DNA from: Candidatus Ryanbacteria bacterium RIFCSPHIGHO2_02_FULL_45_17b
Lineage (GTDB): Bacteria > Patescibacteriota > Minisyncoccia > Ryanbacterales > 2-02-FULL-48-12
Length of the DNA: 64,000 nt
NCBI GenBank assembly: GCA_001819815.1
Contig: MHNO01000009.1
Span: 71,734-135,733 of the forward strand
Direction: 5' to 3'
The notes beneath the pieces were generated by a model that had not been told where the DNA came from, ran no database searches, and worked only from the letters and a program-made list of their open reading frames with translations. Shown one piece after another: positions 28,604-39,361 of the stretch (its first letter is position 1; each line of letters opens with the position of its first letter). Both the position numbers and the translations under genes were made by a program.

Positions 28604-31555
28604 CTAGAAAGTAACAGTCTTTTCCAACATGTTGTTATTTTCATTGGACTCACTAATAACACCATTCGGATCAATGGTTGCCTTAATGTTGTGCGATCCG
28701 GAAAGAATTTGGGGCTGAACAATAGTAACACCGCCTGCCAGACGATAATCTTTAGTCGACCAAGTGCTGACACTGTAGGTCCATTTTAACTGATCGTCTA
28801 TCCAAATATAGAGGTGTCCCGTATCAATAGGCGCATCGGCAACACCTATATTCTGAACTTTAATAGATAATTTGCCACCATCATTATAAATGTCAGAAAC
28901 AGTAAGATCGGGAAGCAGGGTAACAACCGCGTTCGACCGATAGACAACACCCGTCTGTCGATCGTTGATTGTTATGTAGACGGACTGTGGCGGATTGGAC
29001 CCTTGCAAAATGCCGAACCAAATGGTGGTAAGGTCTCGTGCTGATCCTAACGCACAAAAACCATACACATAGGCATTATTTGTAGCATTGTAGATGTTGA
29101 TCCATGTTCGGGAGGAATTGGCATTCAAACCACAAGGAGGTAGATTTGATGCTGACGTAAACATGCTGTCCGAATACGAAGACCAGTTAGTTACCGACAG
29201 GTTATACTTTACATAGGGATTGCCGTCAGAACCGGTATAATTTTGGGTGCCTGTAAAACTAAGTTGCGGGTTAGGAAGGGCTGATATTGTAAACGGCGCG
29301 TCGCTATCGTCATATGCAACATTGAGACCGGTTACTTCAACTATGCGAATTTTGTATGATCCAGTAATAATAGAAGCCTGCCCGTCAGAATATGTGTTTA
29401 CTGTCCAATTATATGATCCTGTATTTGGGACATCTACAACATTGAAAAAAGCACTTGGGATAGCGCCTGGGTTTTGATTTTGGAGCGCTATTGTCACTTT
29501 AGGAATTGAAGGAGAGGCATTCCATCTCACCTGATATGTTTGCCCTTTTTGCAACGTCTCCCCGCCATTGGGAGAAAGAACAGTGATAGAGGGTTGAGCC
29601 GTAGTTGCCGAAACAATACGAAACGGCGCGTCGCTATCGTCATGGACATATTGTTTTTCCGGAGAAATTGGGCAATTTGTATTTGGATTTGGAGCAATAG
29701 TAAAGTCCATACAAAGCATATTTATTTCATTCGGGTTATTTGAGATTCTGATTTTTTTATTTCCCATATGAACTAAATCAGGATAAACAGTAAATTCATT
29801 GCTGGTGCTTGGAAGAAACGACCCTATACCATTCGTAAGTTTATTAGCCTGAGTCCAATTACCATAAGAATCTTGTTCAAGAAAATACAGATAAAGCCGT
29901 GCATTTGGCGTAAAACCTGACAAATTCCATAAAATTTTCTGCGATGTTTTGTTTTGTGTATCAGTACCAACTTGCCATACCTCGCCGCCATTTGGAGAAA
30001 GGACTTGGATTGAAGGGCTAGTTGACGGAGAGCTAGCTACAAATACTTCTTCTGACCAACCACAGCTATTTCCTCCTGATTGCATTTTTCCATCACACAC
30101 AGCCACTTTCCAACTACTACCACTCCTTGCAGGCAAATCGGAATTCGTGACCGTATAATCAAAGTAGTAATTGGTACCGATTGAGGGACCCCCGATATAT
30201 TTGGAATACCCTTCAGTATTGCCTCCACCGCTTAGATAGACAAATGTGTCCGCAGTCGGAGAAAACGGCAACCAACTGATACGATACGTTTTCCCGACAA
30301 CCCACTGATCACCCTGTTTTGGAGAAAGAACTTGGATTGAAGAACTAGTTGTTGGACTACTTACAACAACACTGAACGGCGCGTCACTTACGTCCGAGGG
30401 TCCATCCGCATCAACAATGCGTATTTTATAATTACTTCCTGCTACCACCTTCGTATCCGTTCCTCCACTAAATTGACAGTCACTGCTCACAGAACTCCCA
30501 TCCCAATAAAGTGCTTTTTGAGTGCCAAGATCGAACTTTTTAGAGTAAATACAGCCGACAGTTCTGCCTGTTGATGCGTCTTCCAGATATATATCCATAA
30601 GAGAATCGCCTCCAGACCACCTAATCACATTATCATCTCCCATATAAAATATTTCTCCCCCGTTTGGAGAAAGAACTTGAAGTGTTGGGTTTGTGACTTC
30701 TCCACCCACATTTACAGTCAAACTTGTTTGCGCAGTTTCTACGTTAGTAGGACATGGAGTTGTAATACAACGTATTGTATTTTCGCTCGTGACATAAAAC
30801 GTAATTCTGTATATTCCAGCTTGCGCATAACTATGAGTAAATGTTGAAGTCTGTTGACCCTGAGCATATCCCGGCATACCATTCGCACCACCAGTTCCAA
30901 ATGGAGGCATTTCATCTCCCCAAGTAACCCAATACGAAAGATTCCCTCCATTTTTATCATAGGCTTTTACAACCCAAGTTCCTTGTTGATTAATATCTAA
31001 TGATTGCGGACCACTGACTCCGCTGATGATTGGAGGTCGCATAGATGATACTGGAATAGGTAGTGGTGTTGGCGTACCACACAATCCACGCATTTTTGCC
31101 CGCGTTGCTGGCCCCACTACACCGTAGCCCGTAGTATCAGGAGAACCCGAGGAGACAATACTGTGTTTCTTTTGATACCGCCGTACTGCTTGCTCGGTAA
31201 GCGGACCATAATATCCGGTGATAAGAGCCTCCGGATAGATTTCAGAATCTGCCCCAAGAATTTTTTGCAATTCCGTAACTTGCCCGCCTGTTTCGGCATC
31301 ATCCATGCCAAGATAAAAGTTATAGGTGAAACGCGGGCACAAATTAGATGCCGGGGGCACTACCGGAGAGGAAACCGGCTCTCTGTTTAACTGTTCTTGC
31401 AATGCCGTAATGTGGGCAAGCAAAGTGGTAATTTGCTGTTGAAGTTGTTCAATGGTGTGCGTGTTGGTGTGATCGGCAGATACAAAGGCAAAAGGCGTTA
31501 GTATTACACACGCCAATAAAAATAAAAACGAAATCTTCTTATATATATGTTGCAT
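28604..31555 (-). CDS. large secreted surface protein: signal peptide, PG-binding-like domain, multiple Ig-like repeats, C-terminal CARDB-like domain
   Basis: Signal peptide. GQVTELQKILG...ITGYYGPLTEQAVRRYQKKH (PG_binding_1-like). Repeated GSYKIRIV..DSDAPF modules. C-terminal DLTVSDIY...KVQNIGVADAP (CARDB-like). Inserted between atpD and atpC. Confidence 0.7.
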   Translation of the reverse strand: MQHIYKKISFLFLLACVILTPFAFVSADHTNTHTIEQLQQQITTLLAHITALQEQLNREPVSSPVVPPASNLCPRFTYNFYLGMDDAETGGQVTELQKILGADSEIYPEALITGYYGPLTEQAVRRYQKKHSIVSSGSPDTTGYGVVGPATRAKMRGLCGTPTPLPIPVSSMRPPIISGVSGPQSLDINQQGTWVVKAYDKNGGNLSYWVTWGDEMPPFGTGGANGMPGYAQGQQTSTFTHSYAQAGIYRITFYVTSENTIRCITTPCPTNVETAQTSLTVNVGGEVTNPTLQVLSPNGGEIFYMGDDNVIRWSGGDSLMDIYLEDASTGRTVGCIYSKKFDLGTQKALYWDGSSVSSDCQFSGGTDTKVVAGSNYKIRIVDADGPSDVSDAPFSVVVSSPTTSSSIQVLSPKQGDQWVVGKTYRISWLPFSPTADTFVYLSGGGNTEGYSKYIGGPSIGTNYYFDYTVTNSDLPARSGSSWKVAVCDGKMQSGGNSCGWSEEVFVASSPSTSPSIQVLSPNGGEVWQVGTDTQNKTSQKILWNLSGFTPNARLYLYFLEQDSYGNWTQANKLTNGIGSFLPSTSNEFTVYPDLVHMGNKKIRISNNPNEINMLCMDFTIAPNPNTNCPISPEKQYVHDDSDAPFRIVSATTAQPSITVLSPNGGETLQKGQTYQVRWNASPSIPKVTIALQNQNPGAIPSAFFNVVDVPNTGSYNWTVNTYSDGQASIITGSYKIRIVEVTGLNVAYDDSDAPFTISALPNPQLSFTGTQNYTGSDGNPYVKYNLSVTNWSSYSDSMFTSASNLPPCGLNANSSRTWINIYNATNNAYVYGFCALGSARDLTTIWFGILQGSNPPQSVYITINDRQTGVVYRSNAVVTLLPDLTVSDIYNDGGKLSIKVQNIGVADAPIDTGHLYIWIDDQLKWTYSVSTWSTKDYRLAGGVTIVQPQILSGSHNIKATIDPNGVISESNENNNMLEKTVTF

Positions 31556-31625
31556 ACGACTTCTTTAAGAATAAGTTGTACCTTAACTCTATCATCGATC
31601 AAAATAACATGAAAGATACCTGTTA

Positions 31626-33943
<2,318 letters not shown>

Positions 33944-33966
33944 AACTCTAAACTCTGAAAACTAAT

Positions 33967-34635
33967 TTATGAACCGATAATCTCTGATTTTAATTTTTTT
34001 GCCTCTTCCATAAAAAAAGTTCTCCATTCCCGCGGATCGATTTTTATAATCATGCGGGGAAAATCCTGCACACTCTCCGCTTTTATAAACTGTGTGCCAA
34101 GTTGCAAGGGATCAATATGCCAATCGAATTTTATCTTTGCTTTCTTCATTAATTCATCAATCACATAGTTTTTTTCACGGCAAATGAGATAAAGATCTAT
34201 ATAATCACGCGCAGTTGTTCTTTGATAGATAGTAAAAAGCTTATTGACAGCGATATCAAGAATACTGTCTACTGATACACTATACTCGATTCTTCCTGTT
34301 TCGATGCGTGGAAAAGGATAATACGTAAACTCTGTTTTCAATACCTCATTGCCGAAATGGATAAAAAAGATATTCCTGTTGAAGCTCTGCTGAAAATCGA
34401 TGCTATTGGCGGACACTTTTTTTTGAATCGTCCGCACTGCCACTTCAAGCGCTCCGACATCGTTTATTTCTTGTTCAGAAAAAAAATCAAGGTCTTCCGA
34501 ATAGCGATGCTTCAGGTAAAATGCCGCCAAGGGCGTGCCGCCTGTAAGATAAAAACGTTCTGTAAACAAGGGAGACTCGCCAATCGCGGTTAAAAAAGTA
34601 ATCTGATTCTTAGTGAGAATATCCATCGATATCAA
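33967..34635 (-). CDS. nucleotidyltransferase AbiEii/AbiGii toxin family protein (DUF1814)
   Basis: YLTGGTPLAAFYLKHRYSEDLDFF matches the family GGTAL..R.S.DLDF motif. Confidence 0.7.
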   Translation of the reverse strand: MISMDILTKNQITFLTAIGESPLFTERFYLTGGTPLAAFYLKHRYSEDLDFFSEQEINDVGALEVAVRTIQKKVSANSIDFQQSFNRNIFFIHFGNEVLKTEFTYYPFPRIETGRIEYSVSVDSILDIAVNKLFTIYQRTTARDYIDLYLICREKNYVIDELMKKAKIKFDWHIDPLQLGTQFIKAESVQDFPRMIIKIDPREWRTFFMEEAKKLKSEIIGS

Positions 34636-34822
34636 GAGCCAATTCTAAATATCTTTTTCGTGGAGGATCGAGATGAAGCGTATCCCAGTATTTTCGCAAT
34701 TGAGCCTCGTTGATTTTCTCGCCGTTCAACCCAAAATTAATCAATTGCTCAAGCCGCCACTTTTCGTGCCCTTCCGGGTCCGATATTTCAAACGATTGTT
34801 CGTCTACAGACCAATTGTACAT
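34610..34822 (-). CDS. small protein overlapping the AbiEii start (possible cognate partner, not a recognisable AbiEi)
   Basis: 70-aa ORF overlapping the next gene by 26 nt. Role inferred from arrangement only. Confidence 0.3.
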   Translation of the reverse strand: MYNWSVDEQSFEISDPEGHEKWRLEQLINFGLNGEKINEAQLRKYWDTLHLDPPRKRYLELALDIDGYSH

Positions 34823-35024
34823 GCTCCCATACTAGCATGTTTCGCTTAATTTTTCCAGCTTTTCGCCTTCGTAATCTGCTCGCCTCGCCAAAGCTTCAGC
34901 AAGGACGGGTCCGATGTTCCTTACGCTCTTGATGCGTCACCACCAAGGAATCAGTAAAAAAAACAAAGCTAGTATCAGATAAAATCCGATCATAATATTT
35001 TCCAATATGTTGTTTTTTTTTGCA

Positions 35025-35696
35025 TTAATCCTTAATTATGGCAATATTTTTTAAGTTTACTATGGAAATTCCGTTCTTCGTTACTGAACCATATCCATGC
35101 AACTTAAACTCCAAGACGCCCACCTTTGCTCTAATATGTGCTATAGGTACTTCTACAGGCAGATACTCGTTCCTGCTAGATACATCTCCACGGAATGTAA
35201 ACAAGAGAGTGTCCTCGAAAGATATGGTTAACCAATCCCCATCTCCCGGTTCTAGAAAATTCATGTCGAACATCAAAAGATCTGCATTTGGATGTATTTG
35301 TATATCAGTTCTTATTCCACTCTCATCTCCCGTTTGAAGAGTCGACAATAGTAAATCCCCTTCAACAGAAGCAACTGGTTTTAATGCTTCAGAAGAAGAA
35401 AAGCTTCTCCATACTATCTTATTTGAGCTCTGATCCTGTGGTTCAGTAGGTTGCTTTGAATTACTAGTCTCTAGAGGTTTTGTATTTGTTTCATCATCGG
35501 CATCTGCCATCATTCCATTATTTTTCTCCTCCATCACATCTTTCATTTGCTCTGCCATGTCAATCGCGGATGTTTCTTCGGTTGTGGGAATAAATTTATC
35601 TTTTATCGGCAACTGTATCTTGAAAACGCCGATGCCTAAAATGGCAATAATGCCGACTACAATGAGAATACCTATAAGACCGAATCCTTTTTGCAT
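35025..35696 (-). CDS. prepilin-type N-terminal domain protein (pilin-like), variant 1
   Basis: MQKGFGLIGILIVVGIIAILGIGVF is a class III (type IV pilin-like) signal, divergent at +5 (Gly instead of Glu). The first ~55 aa are near-identical to the 36600..37649 protein. Confidence 0.6.
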   Translation of the reverse strand: MQKGFGLIGILIVVGIIAILGIGVFKIQLPIKDKFIPTTEETSAIDMAEQMKDVMEEKNNGMMADADDETNTKPLETSNSKQPTEPQDQSSNKIVWRSFSSSEALKPVASVEGDLLLSTLQTGDESGIRTDIQIHPNADLLMFDMNFLEPGDGDWLTISFEDTLLFTFRGDVSSRNEYLPVEVPIAHIRAKVGVLEFKLHGYGSVTKNGISIVNLKNIAIIKD

Positions 35697-35705
35697 GGTA
35701 TGTAA

Positions 35706-36095
35706 TTAGTTTTTAATCTTATCCAATACGAACTCTTTGATGTGTGTTGCAACTTCAAACGCTTTTTGGGCATCTTCCCGGCTAAATTCTATATAATCAT
35801 CCGCGTAACGCGTTTCTGTATAAAACTGATCCAAAAATACTGCGTCTTCATTTAATTGTTCAAATGAATTATCAATAGCAACGCATGCCTTTAGTAAGTT
35901 TTCAATAGCGTGAATCTTACGAACATTCTTTTTGTTATATGCAAGAAACCCTTTGAAATACTTTTCTGCCACTTGTTGCGCGTGAAAACAGATGGTATTT
36001 GGCACGCCATGTTCTTTAAGAAGAATTTCAATGGTTCCCATGTCGTCCTCACCACGCAAAAACCAATCATTTACATATTTAGATATCTCGCTCAT
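35706..36095 (-). CDS. HEPN domain protein (PF05168-type), partner of the adjacent MNT
   Basis: FHAQQVAEKYFKGFL ... HAIENLL ... FYTETRYADDY matches the HEPN consensus. 4-nt overlap with the MNT gene. Confidence 0.75.
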   Translation of the reverse strand: MSEISKYVNDWFLRGEDDMGTIEILLKEHGVPNTICFHAQQVAEKYFKGFLAYNKKNVRKIHAIENLLKACVAIDNSFEQLNEDAVFLDQFYTETRYADDYIEFSREDAQKAFEVATHIKEFVLDKIKN

Positions 36096-36469
36096 GCCGC
36101 CACAAGCTCAGCCGGTTCATGTAACAAAGAAATATGAAAGCCGGGATTCGTATAAAGCGCCTTTCCATTATGCACAATATCTTCGAGAAAAAGATTCCTG
36201 CTTTTATTGATACTCTCTTCTAATTCACGAGGTGTATAGACAAGAACATCTATCGGAACATCGGAAGGATACATCATACTCAAAACATCTCGCTGCCGTT
36301 CGATACGTGGCTTGTTACTTTCCATAACAACGAGTAAATCTATATCGCTATCTTCGTGTGGCTTTCCCCAAGCCCAAGAACCAAAGAGAATTATTTTTTC
36401 CGGCTGATACTCACGAACGATTTTATCCTTTATTCCATTGATTTTTTCCTCAATAACCGTTTTTTCCAT
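36092..36469 (-). CDS. minimal nucleotidyltransferase (MNT) domain protein
   Basis: ILFGSWAWGKPHEDSDIDLLVV is the Pol-beta-type GS...DxD motif. Confidence 0.8.
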   Translation of the reverse strand: MEKTVIEEKINGIKDKIVREYQPEKIILFGSWAWGKPHEDSDIDLLVVMESNKPRIERQRDVLSMMYPSDVPIDVLVYTPRELEESINKSRNLFLEDIVHNGKALYTNPGFHISLLHEPAELVAA

Positions 36470-36489
36470 ATGAGAATACTATGCTATTT

Positions 36490-36582
36490 TTATCCCAAAA
36501 GAGCAAGTTCCACAACCTTTGTTATCTGCCCGATATTTTTGACACTTCGGAGCCGTTGTTTGATTGTTTGGAGAGATTGCAT
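36490..36582 (-). repeat. direct-repeat copy of the atpG 5' end (copy B), fused into a 30-codon ORF
   Basis: ~83 bp, near-identical to atpG codons 1-27 (MQSLQTIKQRLRSVKNIGQITK) starting exactly at the ATG. The sequence upstream of the ATG is unrelated. Confidence 0.8.
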
Positions 36583-36599
36583 AAATTTACACGTAACTC

Positions 36600-37649
36600 C
36601 TATAAGGAGATCCTCATAAGAGTGCCGTCTGTATATAAAAGAGCGAAACTTGGAAAATAAATAAATTGATGCCAGCCACTTGCAACCCCATCCCACTTTA
36701 GAGCTTCATTTAATCTTGCTCTGAAATCGGAAAAAAGATAATTTCCAAAATTTTCTTTAACTAGACGGCTTGCTGTCTGCCGAACATACCAGCTATAAGT
36801 GTCTGTGCCTGCCTTGAATCCAAAATCAGAGTCTTTGGGTCGATTTGTTTCTATAAATGAGTCACTTTTTTTATCCCATACATACCACTTACCACTTGCA
36901 AAAGCTTCAGGCACAATATGGAATCCCAACCCCCGGGTACCTGGAAATTCTATGTATTCAGTCGTTGTATACACATGCGTGCCGTCGGTCAAAAATTGCC
37001 CCAAACCCTCACTACTATTGTGTTTTATAGAATAGAGTTTCATATTTTTTATATCAAACCGATACACGCCTAAAATACTTGGCTCAGAATACATTTCTCC
37101 TGATTCAGCAGCACCTATAAAGAAGTTTCCTTGGAAATAAACGGCATCAAATTGTTGAAATGCTTCTCTTTTGGGCAACTCGGGTATCTGTATGAGCTGG
37201 AAAGAAAATGTATTTGTATCAAGAAGGTACAAATCTCTACCTACCGCAAGTAATGCCGTATGATCATTATCCCCTGCAAGAACAAGAACTTGCTGTTCTG
37301 AAGACCACGCATTGGGAACCGCGAGAAAACCGGGTGCTTCAGTTCGTGCCCTCCCACCCAACCATTTTTCAGAAGGATCAGATAACATGAACTTAACAAG
37401 ATTATTTCCTGCAACAGAAGGTACATCGGTAACGTCATCAGTACCAACCGCCTGACTATTTTTCTCCTCCATTACGTCTTTCATCTGCTCTGCCATGTCA
37501 ATCGCAGATTTTTCTTCGTTCGTCGGAGTAAATTTATCTTTTATCGGCAACTGTATCTTGAAAACACCGATGCCTAAAATAGCGATAATACCGACTACAA
37601 TGAGTATTCCGATAAGACCGAATCCTTTTTGCATGGTATATTTTTGCAT
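36600..37649 (-). CDS. prepilin-type N-terminal domain protein (pilin-like), variant 2 with a different C-terminal domain
   Basis: Same N-terminal ~55 aa as variant 1 (the start may be the internal MQKGFGL). C-terminal 290 aa unrelated to variant 1. Confidence 0.6.
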   Translation of the reverse strand: MQKYTMQKGFGLIGILIVVGIIAILGIGVFKIQLPIKDKFTPTNEEKSAIDMAEQMKDVMEEKNSQAVGTDDVTDVPSVAGNNLVKFMLSDPSEKWLGGRARTEAPGFLAVPNAWSSEQQVLVLAGDNDHTALLAVGRDLYLLDTNTFSFQLIQIPELPKREAFQQFDAVYFQGNFFIGAAESGEMYSEPSILGVYRFDIKNMKLYSIKHNSSEGLGQFLTDGTHVYTTTEYIEFPGTRGLGFHIVPEAFASGKWYVWDKKSDSFIETNRPKDSDFGFKAGTDTYSWYVRQTASRLVKENFGNYLFSDFRARLNEALKWDGVASGWHQFIYFPSFALLYTDGTLMRISL

Positions 37650-37678
37650 GTGTTTATATTACCTTTGATAGAATAATT

Positions 37679-38149
37679 TTATTCATCTGAGGATACGGTA
37701 AAAATTGTCTTTTGCACATCGCGGGCATGCGGCGTATTACTACCAAGAAGCGCGCTTTGACGCATCGCTTCTTCAAAAATAACTGTATGGGTATCAAAAA
37801 TGCCTTCTCGCCCAAGTACACGCGGAGCATTCTCACTGTTGAGAAATGCAACAGGTAATCGGAAAGCGTATGATCCCATTTTTACTGGAATTTCGTGACG
37901 CCAAGCGCGAATGCTCTTCCCATCTATGCCAAATATACGCAAGAGCTTTCCTTTTGTAAGATCAATACCAAGAAGAGGCGCAATATTCTTCGGCAGTGCA
38001 GAAATGGTCGCCCCGGAATCAATCAACATCATTACAGGCAATTCTTCCTTTTGCGCGGTATGTAAGACAACCCTCGCCGCGGGGAAAATTGCGATCTGTC
38101 CCGATACTTCCATTGTTATCCCATATGGAAATCGAATGGAGTTAGACAT
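37679..38149 (-). CDS. retropepsin-like (clan AA) aspartic protease
   Basis: MMLIDSGATISALP contains the D-S-G-A catalytic motif in a hydrophobic context. Size ~150 aa, typical of single-lobe retropepsins. Confidence 0.6.
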   Translation of the reverse strand: MSNSIRFPYGITMEVSGQIAIFPAARVVLHTAQKEELPVMMLIDSGATISALPKNIAPLLGIDLTKGKLLRIFGIDGKSIRAWRHEIPVKMGSYAFRLPVAFLNSENAPRVLGREGIFDTHTVIFEEAMRQSALLGSNTPHARDVQKTIFTVSSDE

Positions 38150-38348
38150 GGTAAATGACCATTAAACTCTCCGGGACACGCAGAAATGTTACCTCCCGAA
38201 GCGGTTGCGCCGGCATTTTTTTCTTTAGAATTTTTATGACATCAGGAAGTGATTTGCCCGCAAAAATAACTTTACCATTCAAAATGGCGACCTCTTTACC
38301 GCCATACTTTTTTATGTCTATAGTGGGAATCTTTAATTTCATATTCAT
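38142..38348 (-). CDS. small protein (DUF5678-like) co-encoded with the retropepsin-like protease
   Basis: 68 aa, KKYGGKEVAILNGKVIFAGKSL. Overlaps the protease gene start by 8 nt. Family call tentative. Confidence 0.4.
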   Translation of the reverse strand: MNMKLKIPTIDIKKYGGKEVAILNGKVIFAGKSLPDVIKILKKKMPAQPLREVTFLRVPESLMVIYHV

Positions 38349-38589
38349 ATCATCATCTCTTACTCCTAAAGAGATTATTCTTCGCTTTTCCTATGTCTGT
38401 TTCACTAATCTGCACCCTTTTCCCAATGCCCTTAAGCGAAACAGGAGCTGTCGAAAATTGTTTTGATCCTTTTTTCAATTTCAAAAGTTCCTTTTCTAAC
38501 CCCCCCCAATTTTTCCACATATGTAGTTGTAGAATTTGCCATTGTAGTCATAAGCCCATAGTATGCTTTTCTCACATAGTTTTCAAGTA

Positions 38590-38674
38590 TCACTACCAAT
38601 TCCATGGCTTTTGTTATCTGCCCAATATTTTTGACACTTCGGAGCCGATGTTTAATTGTTTGAAGGGATTGCAT
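38590..38674 (-). repeat. direct-repeat copy of the atpG 5' end (copy C), fused to 53 unrelated codons
   Basis: ~85 bp matching atpG from the ATG through MELV (codon 27). ORF 38432..38674 then diverges. Confidence 0.8.
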
Positions 38675-38714
38675 AATATTTGATTGTTAGGTACTGAAAT
38701 CTAGAAACTAGAAA

Positions 38715-39344
38715 TTAGTTGATGAACTTGAAAGTAGAGAGGATAGTTTGTATCAGCCTTTCCTGCTCTGGATATTCTAAAAAACCCTGATGAGCTCTTA
38801 TTGCTTCGTGACGCGCAGATGAACTATGGGCAAAGTAAATAAAACCGTTATTGTTCGGCTCTTCTAGATAGTAATTTGTAAGAATATCATATTCGTCATA
38901 ATTAATTTTAGAAGTCTTAAATATATTTGATCCAATAGCTAAATCACTTAATGGAGCTGATGTTCCACTCATCGGCCTCTTTGTATGTGGCATTATTACC
39001 ATACGTAAATTATAAATCTTAGCCGCATCTTTATTTATTCTATAAACAGGACTTGCTGTGTCATAAACTATATAATTTGACACGGCGATAAAAGACGAGC
39101 CGTCTTCCAAAACAAACCCCGCGGGATACCTCACCTCAAACCCATACTTCTCATTCCGATATGTTTTCCAGTTTTGTATTTTATCCTGATTATTTGTAGC
39201 AAATTCTAATCTTACATCATTCCATGGGGTATGATTATACCGATAGATTAAATAACCAAGAAAGCTTACAGCTACGACAACAATGACGCAAGATACAATA
39301 AAAATAACACGCAAATATTTATTCATAACACATTTTAGTCCCAC
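38715..39344 (-). CDS. hypothetical membrane-anchored protein
   Basis: N-terminal TM helix (VIFIVSCVIVVVAVSFLGYLIY), then a ~170-aa soluble domain. Confidence 0.4.
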   Translation of the reverse strand: MGLKCVMNKYLRVIFIVSCVIVVVAVSFLGYLIYRYNHTPWNDVRLEFATNNQDKIQNWKTYRNEKYGFEVRYPAGFVLEDGSSFIAVSNYIVYDTASPVYRINKDAAKIYNLRMVIMPHTKRPMSGTSAPLSDLAIGSNIFKTSKINYDEYDILTNYYLEEPNNNGFIYFAHSSSARHEAIRAHQGFLEYPEQERLIQTILSTFKFIN

Positions 39345-39361
39345 AATTCCACATTCTAGAT

